DNA of 64,000 nt from a virus. Taxonomy: Duplodnaviria > Heunggongvirae > Uroviricota > Caudoviricetes. The translations under genes were made by a program, and so were the position numbers. This document shows positions 10,107 through 19,802 of the stretch, in pieces (within the stretch, counting starts at the first letter, position 1; every line of letters starts with the position of its first letter). The stretch is from the IMG/VR virus record IMGVR_UViG_3300021963_000032; one strand, written 5' to 3'. Under the pieces are notes generated by a model that had not been told where the DNA came from, did no database searches, and saw only the letters and a program-made list of their open reading frames with translations.

Positions 10107-10589
10107 ATGAAAGCATCTGATTTTGTAAATTTAATGCGCAAGGTTATACGCGAAGAAGTTCGCTCTATTGTTCGAGAAGAATTGAAAACAATTAAGCCAC
10201 TACTAAAGGAAACCGCACAACAAGGATTAAACGCGTCTCTAAGACAAGGACTGCCAGCCAAAACACCAAAGGTAGCAGCTCCAACAAGAAAGCCTGCAAT
10301 CACTCCTCCAATATTTGAAGGACCATTAGCAGGATTGTTAAACGAAACCTATGAGTCAATGTTAAACGAGGGAATACAAGAGGAAGAAGAGTGGCCAGAT
10401 ATGAATGGAGGAGCTCTTACAGCTGACCATGCACAAATGGGAATACAAAGTATGTCGAGCTTATCGGCAATGATGGACGACGACTCACCATTACCAGAGA
10501 TGGGAGGATACAGTGATCCAACAAGAGCGTTTATGAAGGATTATTCGGCAGTATTGAAAGCAGCTGATCAACATAGTATGGGTAAATAA
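10107..10589 (+). CDS. Hypothetical virion-associated protein with an N-terminal RKVIREEV motif
   Basis: MKASDFVNLMRKVIREEVRSIVREE; several LxE motifs (LLKE, LLNE, MLNE). Confidence 0.6.
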   Translation: MKASDFVNLMRKVIREEVRSIVREELKTIKPLLKETAQQGLNASLRQGLPAKTPKVAAPTRKPAITPPIFEGPLAGLLNETYESMLNEGIQEEEEWPDMNGGALTADHAQMGIQSMSSLSAMMDDDSPLPEMGGYSDPTRAFMKDYSAVLKAADQHSMGK

Positions 10590-11020
10590 TGGCAATAGAA
10601 GTAAGAATAAACCCGATTGATTTCGAACCAAACACAGCGATTGGTATTGATTTACCTATGAACGCTAGCTCGGGTAATTCTTTTCAGCTTAATTATTTAT
10701 CAATCGATCAAGCAGTTGCAAATGCTAAGAACCTACTACTAACAAATAGGGGTGAGAGAATCATGCAACCAGAATTTGGCTGTGATTTGCGAAAGTCGCT
10801 ATTCCAAAACATAACAGAAGAGTTGGTATTGGATATAGAAAATCGCATTCGTACAAGCTTTGAGTATTGGTTACCTTACATATTTATTAACAAGCTTACT
10901 ATAGATGAAGAGGCAGATGCAAACCGTGTAAACGTGACTTTGTCTATCAGTTTAGTAGGTAATCAGGTAGACACTAGATCAATACAACTTGAGATCATAA
11001 ACACACAACAGAATGGCTAA
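10589..11020 (+). CDS. Baseplate wedge protein, gp25-like
   Basis: NLLLTNRGERIMQPEFGCDL...FEYWLPYI is the gp25/GPW signature. Confidence 0.9.
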   Translation: MAIEVRINPIDFEPNTAIGIDLPMNASSGNSFQLNYLSIDQAVANAKNLLLTNRGERIMQPEFGCDLRKSLFQNITEELVLDIENRIRTSFEYWLPYIFINKLTIDEEADANRVNVTLSISLVGNQVDTRSIQLEIINTQQNG

Positions 11021-12905
11021 CATATCAAAAACGACATCAAAAGATATAAAGTACTTGGGTAGAGACTTTGACTCTTTGAAAAAAGGGTTAATTGAGTTTA
11101 CCAAGACTTACTATCCTGATACATACAATGACTTCAATGAGGCATCACCAGGAATGATGTTTGTTGAAATGGCTGCGTATGTTGGTGACGTTCTTAACTA
11201 CTATGTGGATTCTCAATTTAAAGAGACTTTACTGCTACATGCAACTGAGCGTAGAAACATACTTTCTATAGCATCTGCTATGGGATACAAACCAAAAATC
11301 AGTGTACCATCTCAGGTAGATATCGACGTATATCAATTATTCCCAGCATCGGGAAGTGGTGAGAACATAGTACACGATACGAGGTATGCACTTAAAATTC
11401 CATCTGGAATGAGAGGAAGAAGTACCTCAGGTAATGTGGAGTTCTTAGTTCAAGAGGATATAGATTTCTCAGTAGATAACATTTACTCTCCAACTGAGAT
11501 TTCAGTATACACGGTAGACAATAATAATGCACCAAACTACTACCTTGCTAAGAAGACTGTAAAAGCAATCTCAGCTCAGCCAAAAACACTTGACGTCGTT
11601 GTTGATGGAACTCAAAAGTTTTTCAAGTTTCAAATAGAAGACGCTTCGTTAATAGGAATTGATAGCATTGTAGATGCTGATGGAAATACTTGGTACGAGG
11701 TACCATACTTAGCTCAGGATACTATTTTTGAGAAAGTAACAAATACAGCATACAACGATCCAGATGCGGTTGTGTATAGTGAAGAAACACCATACCTTCT
11801 AAAACTTAAAAGAGTACCTCGTCGATTTGTATCGAGAGTAACTGAGACTGGTTTAGAGGTTCAGTTTGGAGCAGGAGTGAGTTCATCACCGGATGAGGAA
11901 TTACTAGCAACTCCAGAAAATATTGGATTAAAACTACCAACTGGAAAGGATGATATTGATGTGTCGATTGACCCGCAATCTCCTATATTTACAACAGCTT
12001 ATGGAATTGCTCCTTCAAGCACAACGTTAACGGTTACCTATCTAGTGGGTGGTGGGATCGTATCAAACGTACCAAGTAACACCATAACAGAGGTGGTAGC
12101 TATAAATGCTAATACAAATAACTTCCCTTCAAGTACTGGAGCATTAAACGCAAACGTACTTAACTCTGTAGCGATTAATAACCCAATCGCAGCAGTAGGA
12201 GGAAGAAGTCAAGAGACATTGGATGAGATAAGACAAAATACATTAGCTCAGTTTACTTCTCAAAATAGAGCTGTAACAAGAGAGGATTATATTGTAAGAG
12301 CTTACGCAATGCCAAACGTATATGGAAGTGTATCAAAGGTATTCATTACACCAGATGAGCAGGCAAACATAGGAACGTCAGAAGTTCAAGATACAGTTGC
12401 GAATCCGTTAGCTATGAATATGTACGTGTTAGGATATACAAACTTCAAACAATGCATAATTGCAAACCGTGCAGTTAAAGAAAACCTAAGAACATACCTT
12501 TCTCAATATAGAATGCTAACAGACAGCATCAACATACGAGATGCATATGTTATTAACATTGGGGTGGATTTTGATATTATACCACTACCAAACTTTAACG
12601 CGAATGAGGTAATATTAAATTGCATCACTTTACTAAAAGACTTCTTTGACATTGATAGATGGCAGATTAATCAACCAATAGTGTATGGAGATATTTACAA
12701 CCTCCTACTAAAAGCAAAAGGAGTACAAACAGTAACCGCTGTACGAATTAAAAATCTCAACGATGAGCTACTAGATTACAGCAATGTAGTTTATGATATC
12801 GCAGCCGCAACTAGAAACGGTATCATATACCCAAGCCTAGACCCAGCAATCTTTGAGGTTAAGTTTCCAGACAACGATATTAAAGGACGCATAGCAACAT
12901 TCTAA
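11013..12905 (+). CDS. Baseplate wedge protein, gp6/baseplate-J-like
   Basis: DFDSLKKGLIEF, DFNEASPGMMFVEMAAYVGDVLNYY, GGRSQET, QNRAVTREDY. Confidence 0.88.
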   Translation: MANISKTTSKDIKYLGRDFDSLKKGLIEFTKTYYPDTYNDFNEASPGMMFVEMAAYVGDVLNYYVDSQFKETLLLHATERRNILSIASAMGYKPKISVPSQVDIDVYQLFPASGSGENIVHDTRYALKIPSGMRGRSTSGNVEFLVQEDIDFSVDNIYSPTEISVYTVDNNNAPNYYLAKKTVKAISAQPKTLDVVVDGTQKFFKFQIEDASLIGIDSIVDADGNTWYEVPYLAQDTIFEKVTNTAYNDPDAVVYSEETPYLLKLKRVPRRFVSRVTETGLEVQFGAGVSSSPDEELLATPENIGLKLPTGKDDIDVSIDPQSPIFTTAYGIAPSSTTLTVTYLVGGGIVSNVPSNTITEVVAINANTNNFPSSTGALNANVLNSVAINNPIAAVGGRSQETLDEIRQNTLAQFTSQNRAVTREDYIVRAYAMPNVYGSVSKVFITPDEQANIGTSEVQDTVANPLAMNMYVLGYTNFKQCIIANRAVKENLRTYLSQYRMLTDSINIRDAYVINIGVDFDIIPLPNFNANEVILNCITLLKDFFDIDRWQINQPIVYGDIYNLLLKAKGVQTVTAVRIKNLNDELLDYSNVVYDIAAATRNGIIYPSLDPAIFEVKFPDNDIKGRIATF

Positions 12906-12906
12906 C

Positions 12907-14040
12907 ATGGTACTAAGATTTTATCCAACAAAAGACGCAACAATATACGAAAGATATCCTGACAAGAATACAGGGTTAGACTCTATATTAGAATTATCGA
13001 AGATAGTAGATAATACGAGTAGTTATAATTCTAGAATCTTATTAGATTTTAATGCACAAGCAATAGCAGACACACTGAGTGAATATAGCCAAGATCCAAC
13101 AAGGGGGATGGATTGGAAGCTTAAACTATACAGCACAGAAGAGCAAGAAATACCATTAGATTATACGCTAGAGTGTAAGGTCCTATATCTAGGATGGGAT
13201 ATGGGAGTAGGTCGATTTAGTAATCTTCCAGAAACAACTCAAGGGGTTAGTTGGAGAAATAGACATGGAAAAGTGGACCCGGATCCGTCAAACTCGTGGT
13301 TTGAAACATACGGTGGTTCAGTACCCGTATCACAATCTGGAGCGTGGAGTTTTAATATGGTAGAAGGGGGTGGCTATTGGGAAACTCACTCAATATCATC
13401 ACAATCATTTAGCTACAAAGCTGCTGACATTTCTATGGATGTCACTGAGACAATAAAGCTTTATTTTGAAAAGTGGAACACCAATGGTGAAACTGAAGGA
13501 TTAATTATTAAGAACACTAGCGAAACTGAAAACTCAATCCTCAACTTCAAAAGTGTAAAATTCTTCAGTAAAGACACTCACACAATATACAGCCCAGTAT
13601 TGGAGGCTAGATGGAGGGATGATAGCCAAAACACAAACTTACCAGAGATTAATCTAAGTATAGATGGTGGTTATAATATAGTCTCAACAAACCTTGAATC
13701 CGATTACAAAGAGTCATCAACTCCTAGAATAGGATTTTCGGCAAGACCTAGATACCCAGCTCCAACCTTCGCTACATCATCAGCTTACTTAGATAGGTAC
13801 GCTTTGCCAGAAGGAACAATGTACGCTATATATAGTGCACACACGGATGATGTTATTATAGATTTTTACGACCCCGAAACTAAACTAAGTGTTGACAACT
13901 ATACCAATTATTTTGAGTTACCATTAATGGGATTTCAACCAGAACGATATTATAGAATTTTACTAAAAGTTCCAAGTAGGAATGTAGGATATACAATTCA
14001 CGACAATGACTGGATCTTCAAGGTTTCAAGAAATCAATGA
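12907..14040 (+). CDS. Putative baseplate/tail structural protein
   Basis: Follows gp6; KDATIYE...TH TIYSPVLEARW; beta-rich. Confidence 0.55.
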   Translation: MVLRFYPTKDATIYERYPDKNTGLDSILELSKIVDNTSSYNSRILLDFNAQAIADTLSEYSQDPTRGMDWKLKLYSTEEQEIPLDYTLECKVLYLGWDMGVGRFSNLPETTQGVSWRNRHGKVDPDPSNSWFETYGGSVPVSQSGAWSFNMVEGGGYWETHSISSQSFSYKAADISMDVTETIKLYFEKWNTNGETEGLIIKNTSETENSILNFKSVKFFSKDTHTIYSPVLEARWRDDSQNTNLPEINLSIDGGYNIVSTNLESDYKESSTPRIGFSARPRYPAPTFATSSAYLDRYALPEGTMYAIYSAHTDDVIIDFYDPETKLSVDNYTNYFELPLMGFQPERYYRILLKVPSRNVGYTIHDNDWIFKVSRNQ

Positions 14041-17000
14041 GAAATTTAGATGACACACTAAACGGCGATCTTAGCGATAACATTTCAGCGTATACAACGG
14101 GGAGTGTTACATCGACGTTGCCTACAAGTAGTGTTAATGAAAATGAAACATACTACGATCTGCTACCGGTGGTAATTAACCAACCACCAATTATTAATGT
14201 ACCAATCGCTGACGCATCTCGTCCAAACATTAAGTCGTCTATTTCAGCTGATGCTACTGGGCAATATCTATATCAATTTCCAGACGGAACAGTGAAGGTG
14301 TTAATGGGTGCTACTTTTGAATTAAAGATAGGAGCAGTTCAACCAAATACACTTAACGTAGAGAATGGTATTCCAGTAATTAAGCAAGCTAATCAAGACT
14401 TAACTTATGTTTGGAGACATGACGATGCTATCACTAGGTCAGATGAAAAACCATCACTACAAAGTAAGATAACGGTAACAAACAACGTAATTAGATTTGA
14501 AAGAATCCAACCAGAGTCTGCAGGAACCTATGTGTGTGAAATCTCAAACGATATAGGAGTTGTAATTTCAGAGCCAATAACTATAGAAGTTCTTAATCCA
14601 GATTTAGATGCATTTTTCTATAAAAACCTAATCACAAATGGGAACGCTACTTCTGGCATAAACGGCTGGGAAGGTGATATTGATTTGCTTGTATCTCGAG
14701 AAATGACAAAAAGAGACACGGTTGAGTTAAAACAACCAAACCGAGTTGATTTGTTTGGATACAACGCAGACACAATGCACCCACGACCATACCAAATGGA
14801 AGTAGGAGTTGTAAAGGGTGTCAATTACACTGAAGACTTTGGAAAAGGTGGTAAGGGAGGTTACTTCTCTCGTGATGTTTATAAGTACGAAAAAGCTGGA
14901 GGTAACTTTTATGTTAAGGCTTACCAGGATGTAGACGTGACTTTGATCCAAGACCTTATCAAGGGTAGTGTGTACGGTATTAACGGTGTTAGAGCCATTA
15001 TCGGTTGCTATATAGGGAATGCCATCAGTCAGTATATACCAACAAACGCTACAATTCTACCAGATCAAAAGACTAATGCAAACAACTATTTTATGGGAGC
15101 TCCTCGTATCAGTGTGGAGAACTTCTTAATGGCAGGACCTGGAAGTACCGTAGATAAGTGTTACGTTACAATAGAAGAGTTTGATAAAGAGTCAAGATTA
15201 ATTAGCTCAGTATTGCAGCCTGACGGATCAATTCGAAAAGAGCAGAATACAATAACACTACTCGATCCCTGGACTAAGAACCTGTCCAAGTACATGGGCG
15301 AAAAGTATTACAAAGTAGACAAATACAACTTAGGACTTACATCACCAGGTAATAACTATGACGCAACCTTATTTGCAGCAGATTACCTATATCCTGATCC
15401 AAATGATAGACCAACACACGGTCAGTATTTGGAGTTTAATCGATTAGTAATTGAACGTCTTAATCCAAAAACAACTAAGATTAGAATAGGGTTAAACTTC
15501 TTTACAAATGACTGGCGTATATTTGATAACGCAGATTATTATGAAACCAACTCCGATCAGATATTTGAAACAATAGGTTGGGAAAAGAATTATAAAAAAG
15601 CTACCTTTGAACAAAAAGGAAACTCAGACGAGGTTGACTTTATTAGATCGTTCGTAGCAAAGAATGCAAAATACAAAGACAAACCGCTAACTGAGCAGAT
15701 TCCTCTAGCTCCAGCTCCGCGCGTAGCAATCACTGGTTTATCTTTGAGTTTAATTCCAATTCAAAGACAGAATATAGATTCAACCAAGTACTACACTTCA
15801 GCTACTTTCAATAGAAATAGCAGACCACAAGTATCGATTCCAAGCGCTTTAGATCCAAACGCTATCTTTGATCCGAAAGATGTATTTAAGCAGGATATGT
15901 TTGTATACTTCAGACACGATTCAGAGCCAATGATAAGATACACTTACGATGAGTTTGTACAAATAAACAAAACAACTTTAAGCCTAAAGACGTTAGTTTC
16001 TGGTAACCAAAAGCTACCATCTAAATTCGCAGCGGTAAGTGGATCTGTGTTTCCATTCGAGGCAAACCAAAAAGCGTTAGCATTTAACTTAACTCAATTT
16101 GGATTTGCAGATGCGATGGTGTCTGTAGAGGATAGTATGGGTCCATATAGAACTTTTGTGTATACACATCCAAGTGGAAGTACAATCACAGCAACAGCTT
16201 CAGCTTCACTTGCTTCAAGTGTTAGTGGTATTAAAGGACCAGTCTTTACAATAAATACAGATTACATTCCACCAAGAAATACGGTAAGCAGCAAGTCTGT
16301 GCTTTGGAAGAATCAATTCAGATATATAATGCATTACATGGTTAGAGAGTCTGGATCAATTAATAGTACGCTAACAGCAGCGAATGAAGCAACCGGTTTG
16401 TATTATATGTTAGCTGACTTCAATTCAGAAACTCCAATTATTCTATATAGAGATTCTAGTCTTCCAGGATTATCTGACGCATCTTCCTCGTTCGTGGTTG
16501 ATAAGTATCAAATTAACGCTTCTGGTGAGTTCGAGTTTGATCTACCTAAAGAACTACTTACAGCTCCTATCAAAAAAGGAGGTATGGGTATTCCGGTAAT
16601 TAAAAATTATACAACAGAACAAGACGGAATAGTGGTATTGGAGTTTATGAAGGTGATAAACAATTACCCATCCGCTAGTCTTTCAAAGAACATAGATAAT
16701 TTGTATGCTAGTTTTGCAAGCACTCAAGGAGCTCAAGACCCAACGCTAGCAGAAATACAAAAAATGCAATTTGAAAATGATATTAAAAACTATTTATATG
16801 CAGATAGTATAATTTCGGTATCTCTTGCAGACTTAAAAAGTAAGTATCAAATAGATACATTAAAGTCTACTATTGAAACTGGTTTAGACATGCCTGATCC
16901 AAAATATACAACAACATTGTTTGCGGTAAGTCTGGCACCACAAATTGGTACAAACTTGAACGGTTCACCCTATCAAGGAAAGGATAAAGACGGTACGATT

Positions 17001-17048
17001 TATACAATAGGTTATCCACGCATAGTGGATAAGCAAACTGCTCTATAA
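14037..17048 (+). CDS. Structural protein with an Ig (I-set)-like domain and a possible carbohydrate-binding-like domain
   Basis: LTYVWRHDD...AGTYVCEISNDIG, followed by NLITNGNA. Confidence 0.6.
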   Translation: MRNLDDTLNGDLSDNISAYTTGSVTSTLPTSSVNENETYYDLLPVVINQPPIINVPIADASRPNIKSSISADATGQYLYQFPDGTVKVLMGATFELKIGAVQPNTLNVENGIPVIKQANQDLTYVWRHDDAITRSDEKPSLQSKITVTNNVIRFERIQPESAGTYVCEISNDIGVVISEPITIEVLNPDLDAFFYKNLITNGNATSGINGWEGDIDLLVSREMTKRDTVELKQPNRVDLFGYNADTMHPRPYQMEVGVVKGVNYTEDFGKGGKGGYFSRDVYKYEKAGGNFYVKAYQDVDVTLIQDLIKGSVYGINGVRAIIGCYIGNAISQYIPTNATILPDQKTNANNYFMGAPRISVENFLMAGPGSTVDKCYVTIEEFDKESRLISSVLQPDGSIRKEQNTITLLDPWTKNLSKYMGEKYYKVDKYNLGLTSPGNNYDATLFAADYLYPDPNDRPTHGQYLEFNRLVIERLNPKTTKIRIGLNFFTNDWRIFDNADYYETNSDQIFETIGWEKNYKKATFEQKGNSDEVDFIRSFVAKNAKYKDKPLTEQIPLAPAPRVAITGLSLSLIPIQRQNIDSTKYYTSATFNRNSRPQVSIPSALDPNAIFDPKDVFKQDMFVYFRHDSEPMIRYTYDEFVQINKTTLSLKTLVSGNQKLPSKFAAVSGSVFPFEANQKALAFNLTQFGFADAMVSVEDSMGPYRTFVYTHPSGSTITATASASLASSVSGIKGPVFTINTDYIPPRNTVSSKSVLWKNQFRYIMHYMVRESGSINSTLTAANEATGLYYMLADFNSETPIILYRDSSLPGLSDASSSFVVDKYQINASGEFEFDLPKELLTAPIKKGGMGIPVIKNYTTEQDGIVVLEFMKVINNYPSASLSKNIDNLYASFASTQGAQDPTLAEIQKMQFENDIKNYLYADSIISVSLADLKSKYQIDTLKSTIETGLDMPDPKYTTTLFAVSLAPQIGTNLNGSPYQGKDKDGTIYTIGYPRIVDKQTAL

Positions 17049-19771
17049 TGAAAAAGTTAACAATAAAGGTAGGCTCAATTCCAGAAACACAAGAACTTCG
17101 ATCAGGAGACTTTTTTCTAATGCCAGAAAACCCAGTACCTCCCGTTATTGTTTCAGACCTAAATAGAAACATAAGACAGAAGACGTGGATTAGAGAGTAC
17201 ATAGCTAATGAACCAAGTTACTTTGAAGTCGAACCCGTATTTGATGTATTCTATGTTGTAGCTGGTACTACTATCGAAATGTTCATACTAGCTGAAGATC
17301 CATCACTAGTTGATGCAAACAGCCTAGGCGATGATAGCAGGCTTCAATATACTTGGAAAAAGAATGGATCAGCTATTGTTCCGATAAACTCACTTCAAAA
17401 CGGTAAAGGTATACGAGGACTAAGTGTTCCAGGTAAAGATGTAAACTCAGAGATTTCTGGAGTATATACGTGTGAAGTATCAAATGCCTATGGAACTACT
17501 ATTTCATCTCGAGTAAAGTTGGAAGTAGTAGAACCAAAGAAGCACCCAATGTTATTTAGAAATCTGTTAAAAAATGGTTCTTCTATTCAGAACTGGTCAA
17601 CAGACGTCGATATCATAACAAGAGCCTTTATGGCTTCAGAACCGTTGACTAGAAACTACGGATCGTTACCAGGCTTTTCATACTACGATATGGATGCACA
17701 AAAGGTGGTAGGAAGTACGCCTGAAGACTTTCGTTTTTGTCAAGGAGGTCACGGTAGCCTACTGTATAGCCATTTAAGTAGTTGGTATAAAAAAGATAAA
17801 AACCTTTATAACCTAGACACAGTAAGTAATGCAGATAGAGATTTGGAAGGCTGGCAATCGTGGTTATTAAAAAGCTATCCATCAAACATTGTTCCAAACG
17901 AAGATTTTAATCAATGGAAGTGTGCAGGCTTCTTTCCAGGAATAAAGTGGATTGATTCCTATAATAGAAATTCAAGTAAGGTTATCGGGTTGTCTAATGA
18001 GGTTGAAAACCAAGTACTAACCTACATAACTCGAGACAAGATTAAGTTTAAGAAAGATGGTGGTAGAGAGGTATCATCACTTAATCAGGTAATCGATGTG
18101 TCAAATATCAGCTCAGTAATTGATGGAAACATTACTGGACTGCCACAACTCAATGGTCAGTTCTTTGCGTATGTGGGAGCTGGGATTACGGGCTATAAAA
18201 TTAAAGCAACAACGACAACGGGAGAAACTACATTCAATTGGTACGTTCTAGATCCAGAAGATTTCTTTGATAGATTGAAGAAGAGTTCAGATGGACGTCC
18301 AAAGTTAGCTGAAGGTAGTGTTATTGAGATTATACCATTAATGGAAGATACAACACAGATATCGATCATTGCTAAAAACTCTAACGACATGGAGCTATCG
18401 AGAGTTGATCTCGATGGACCGAGTGTAACAGATGTGTTTGCAATAAAAGAGAAATCGCAACTTCCAATCACGTGGTACCCTATATTTGATATGTTTATCA
18501 CTAACAATAATGAGATAAAGATTTTTGGACAAACATACTCAACAACAGAAGCGTTATTAGCCTTAATGTCACCAAACCCAGAAATACCAAGTAAAAGGGT
18601 AGTGGGTTATGAATATAGATTAAAATTAGAAAACTTTTCTGGTGGTGCGAATAAGCGAAGAAAGTTTAAAAACGTATTAAATGACGTTTTAATTCTTGAT
18701 GAAACTGGAGAGGTAATTATTCAATCTAATGGAGAAATAGACCTCACTAGATATATTCGTTTAAAAGAAACACAAGGTTACTTTAGAGAAGATTTTACAC
18801 CTTCAACACCAACAACAGAACCGGGATGGCAGTTTCTGCGAGTAAGAGAGCACTATGTGCATATTAAAGAGCTGCTTGAAGACATAGACGATGATATTAG
18901 AGTGAGATTAATTGAAACACCAATATACTCACCGGTTAGAGGAGACAACGAACAAACGCGTATTGATCAAACAGCGATGACAGCATTAGATCGAAACGCA
19001 GCTTTTTTTATTAAAAAAATACCATTCAAGCAGGCTAACTCTTACTATCCAATTCAAGTAAATGAGTGGACTACAGATACAAAGATAGACGAAAAACGAA
19101 CATTAAAGGCATTGCAAGATTACGGAGCAGCTGCAATGTTTGCAGTTGGAACTACCTTTGCAATTCCAAAAGGTACTAAATCGATTCAGATAGTTATAAC
19201 CTTTACTCACACATCTGAAGCTATCGACGATATACAACCAGAGCTTAGAGGTTGGAATAACCCAGAAATCTATAGAAACGATTACGGTTCACAAAAGAGT
19301 GGTAGACGCTTTGTTGAGTATGGATATCCACGATGCGGTGTGTCGATGGCTAAATTTATGCTACTAACACAAGACGCTACATTATCTCAAGACTATCCTA
19401 GCTTTTTCTTACCACCACCAGACACAACTGTCCTAGGTATGAGAAGAAAGAAGCTATATGAAAATTCAAACGATACATCACAACCGGGTACGTTTAGTTA
19501 TGACTTCTTAATGCCAAAATCAGTACCAGAATTTTCTGGAATAGACTTATACACATTGAATGATCAGTTAGAGTCATATGAAAGAGGAGTTCGTAAAAAC
19601 GAAAAAGACCTTTCACCAGCACTTTCACAAGAAGAGATACAACATTTCAGCGATACTGTGGTAGGAGTAGAAGATGCAGCACCAGATCGTCTTGAAAACA
19701 TACAATCTAATACGCAGATTGATGAAGGATTAAATGATGTGCAAATAGATACATCTCAAACTCCTCAGTAA
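17048..19771 (+). CDS. Ig-like domain structural protein, paralog of 14037..17048
   Basis: LQYTWKKNG...SGVYTCEVSNAYG, followed by NLLKNGSS. Confidence 0.6.
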   Translation: MKKLTIKVGSIPETQELRSGDFFLMPENPVPPVIVSDLNRNIRQKTWIREYIANEPSYFEVEPVFDVFYVVAGTTIEMFILAEDPSLVDANSLGDDSRLQYTWKKNGSAIVPINSLQNGKGIRGLSVPGKDVNSEISGVYTCEVSNAYGTTISSRVKLEVVEPKKHPMLFRNLLKNGSSIQNWSTDVDIITRAFMASEPLTRNYGSLPGFSYYDMDAQKVVGSTPEDFRFCQGGHGSLLYSHLSSWYKKDKNLYNLDTVSNADRDLEGWQSWLLKSYPSNIVPNEDFNQWKCAGFFPGIKWIDSYNRNSSKVIGLSNEVENQVLTYITRDKIKFKKDGGREVSSLNQVIDVSNISSVIDGNITGLPQLNGQFFAYVGAGITGYKIKATTTTGETTFNWYVLDPEDFFDRLKKSSDGRPKLAEGSVIEIIPLMEDTTQISIIAKNSNDMELSRVDLDGPSVTDVFAIKEKSQLPITWYPIFDMFITNNNEIKIFGQTYSTTEALLALMSPNPEIPSKRVVGYEYRLKLENFSGGANKRRKFKNVLNDVLILDETGEVIIQSNGEIDLTRYIRLKETQGYFREDFTPSTPTTEPGWQFLRVREHYVHIKELLEDIDDDIRVRLIETPIYSPVRGDNEQTRIDQTAMTALDRNAAFFIKKIPFKQANSYYPIQVNEWTTDTKIDEKRTLKALQDYGAAAMFAVGTTFAIPKGTKSIQIVITFTHTSEAIDDIQPELRGWNNPEIYRNDYGSQKSGRRFVEYGYPRCGVSMAKFMLLTQDATLSQDYPSFFLPPPDTTVLGMRRKKLYENSNDTSQPGTFSYDFLMPKSVPEFSGIDLYTLNDQLESYERGVRKNEKDLSPALSQEEIQHFSDTVVGVEDAAPDRLENIQSNTQIDEGLNDVQIDTSQTPQ

Positions 19772-19785
19772 CTTTTCTGCTGACA

Positions 19786-19793
19786 TATTTATA
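19786..19793 (+). promoter_or_regulatory. Putative late promoter TATTTATA
   Basis: 9 nt before GTG 19803. Confidence 0.65.
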
Positions 19794-19802
19794 ATAAAAT
19801 CC

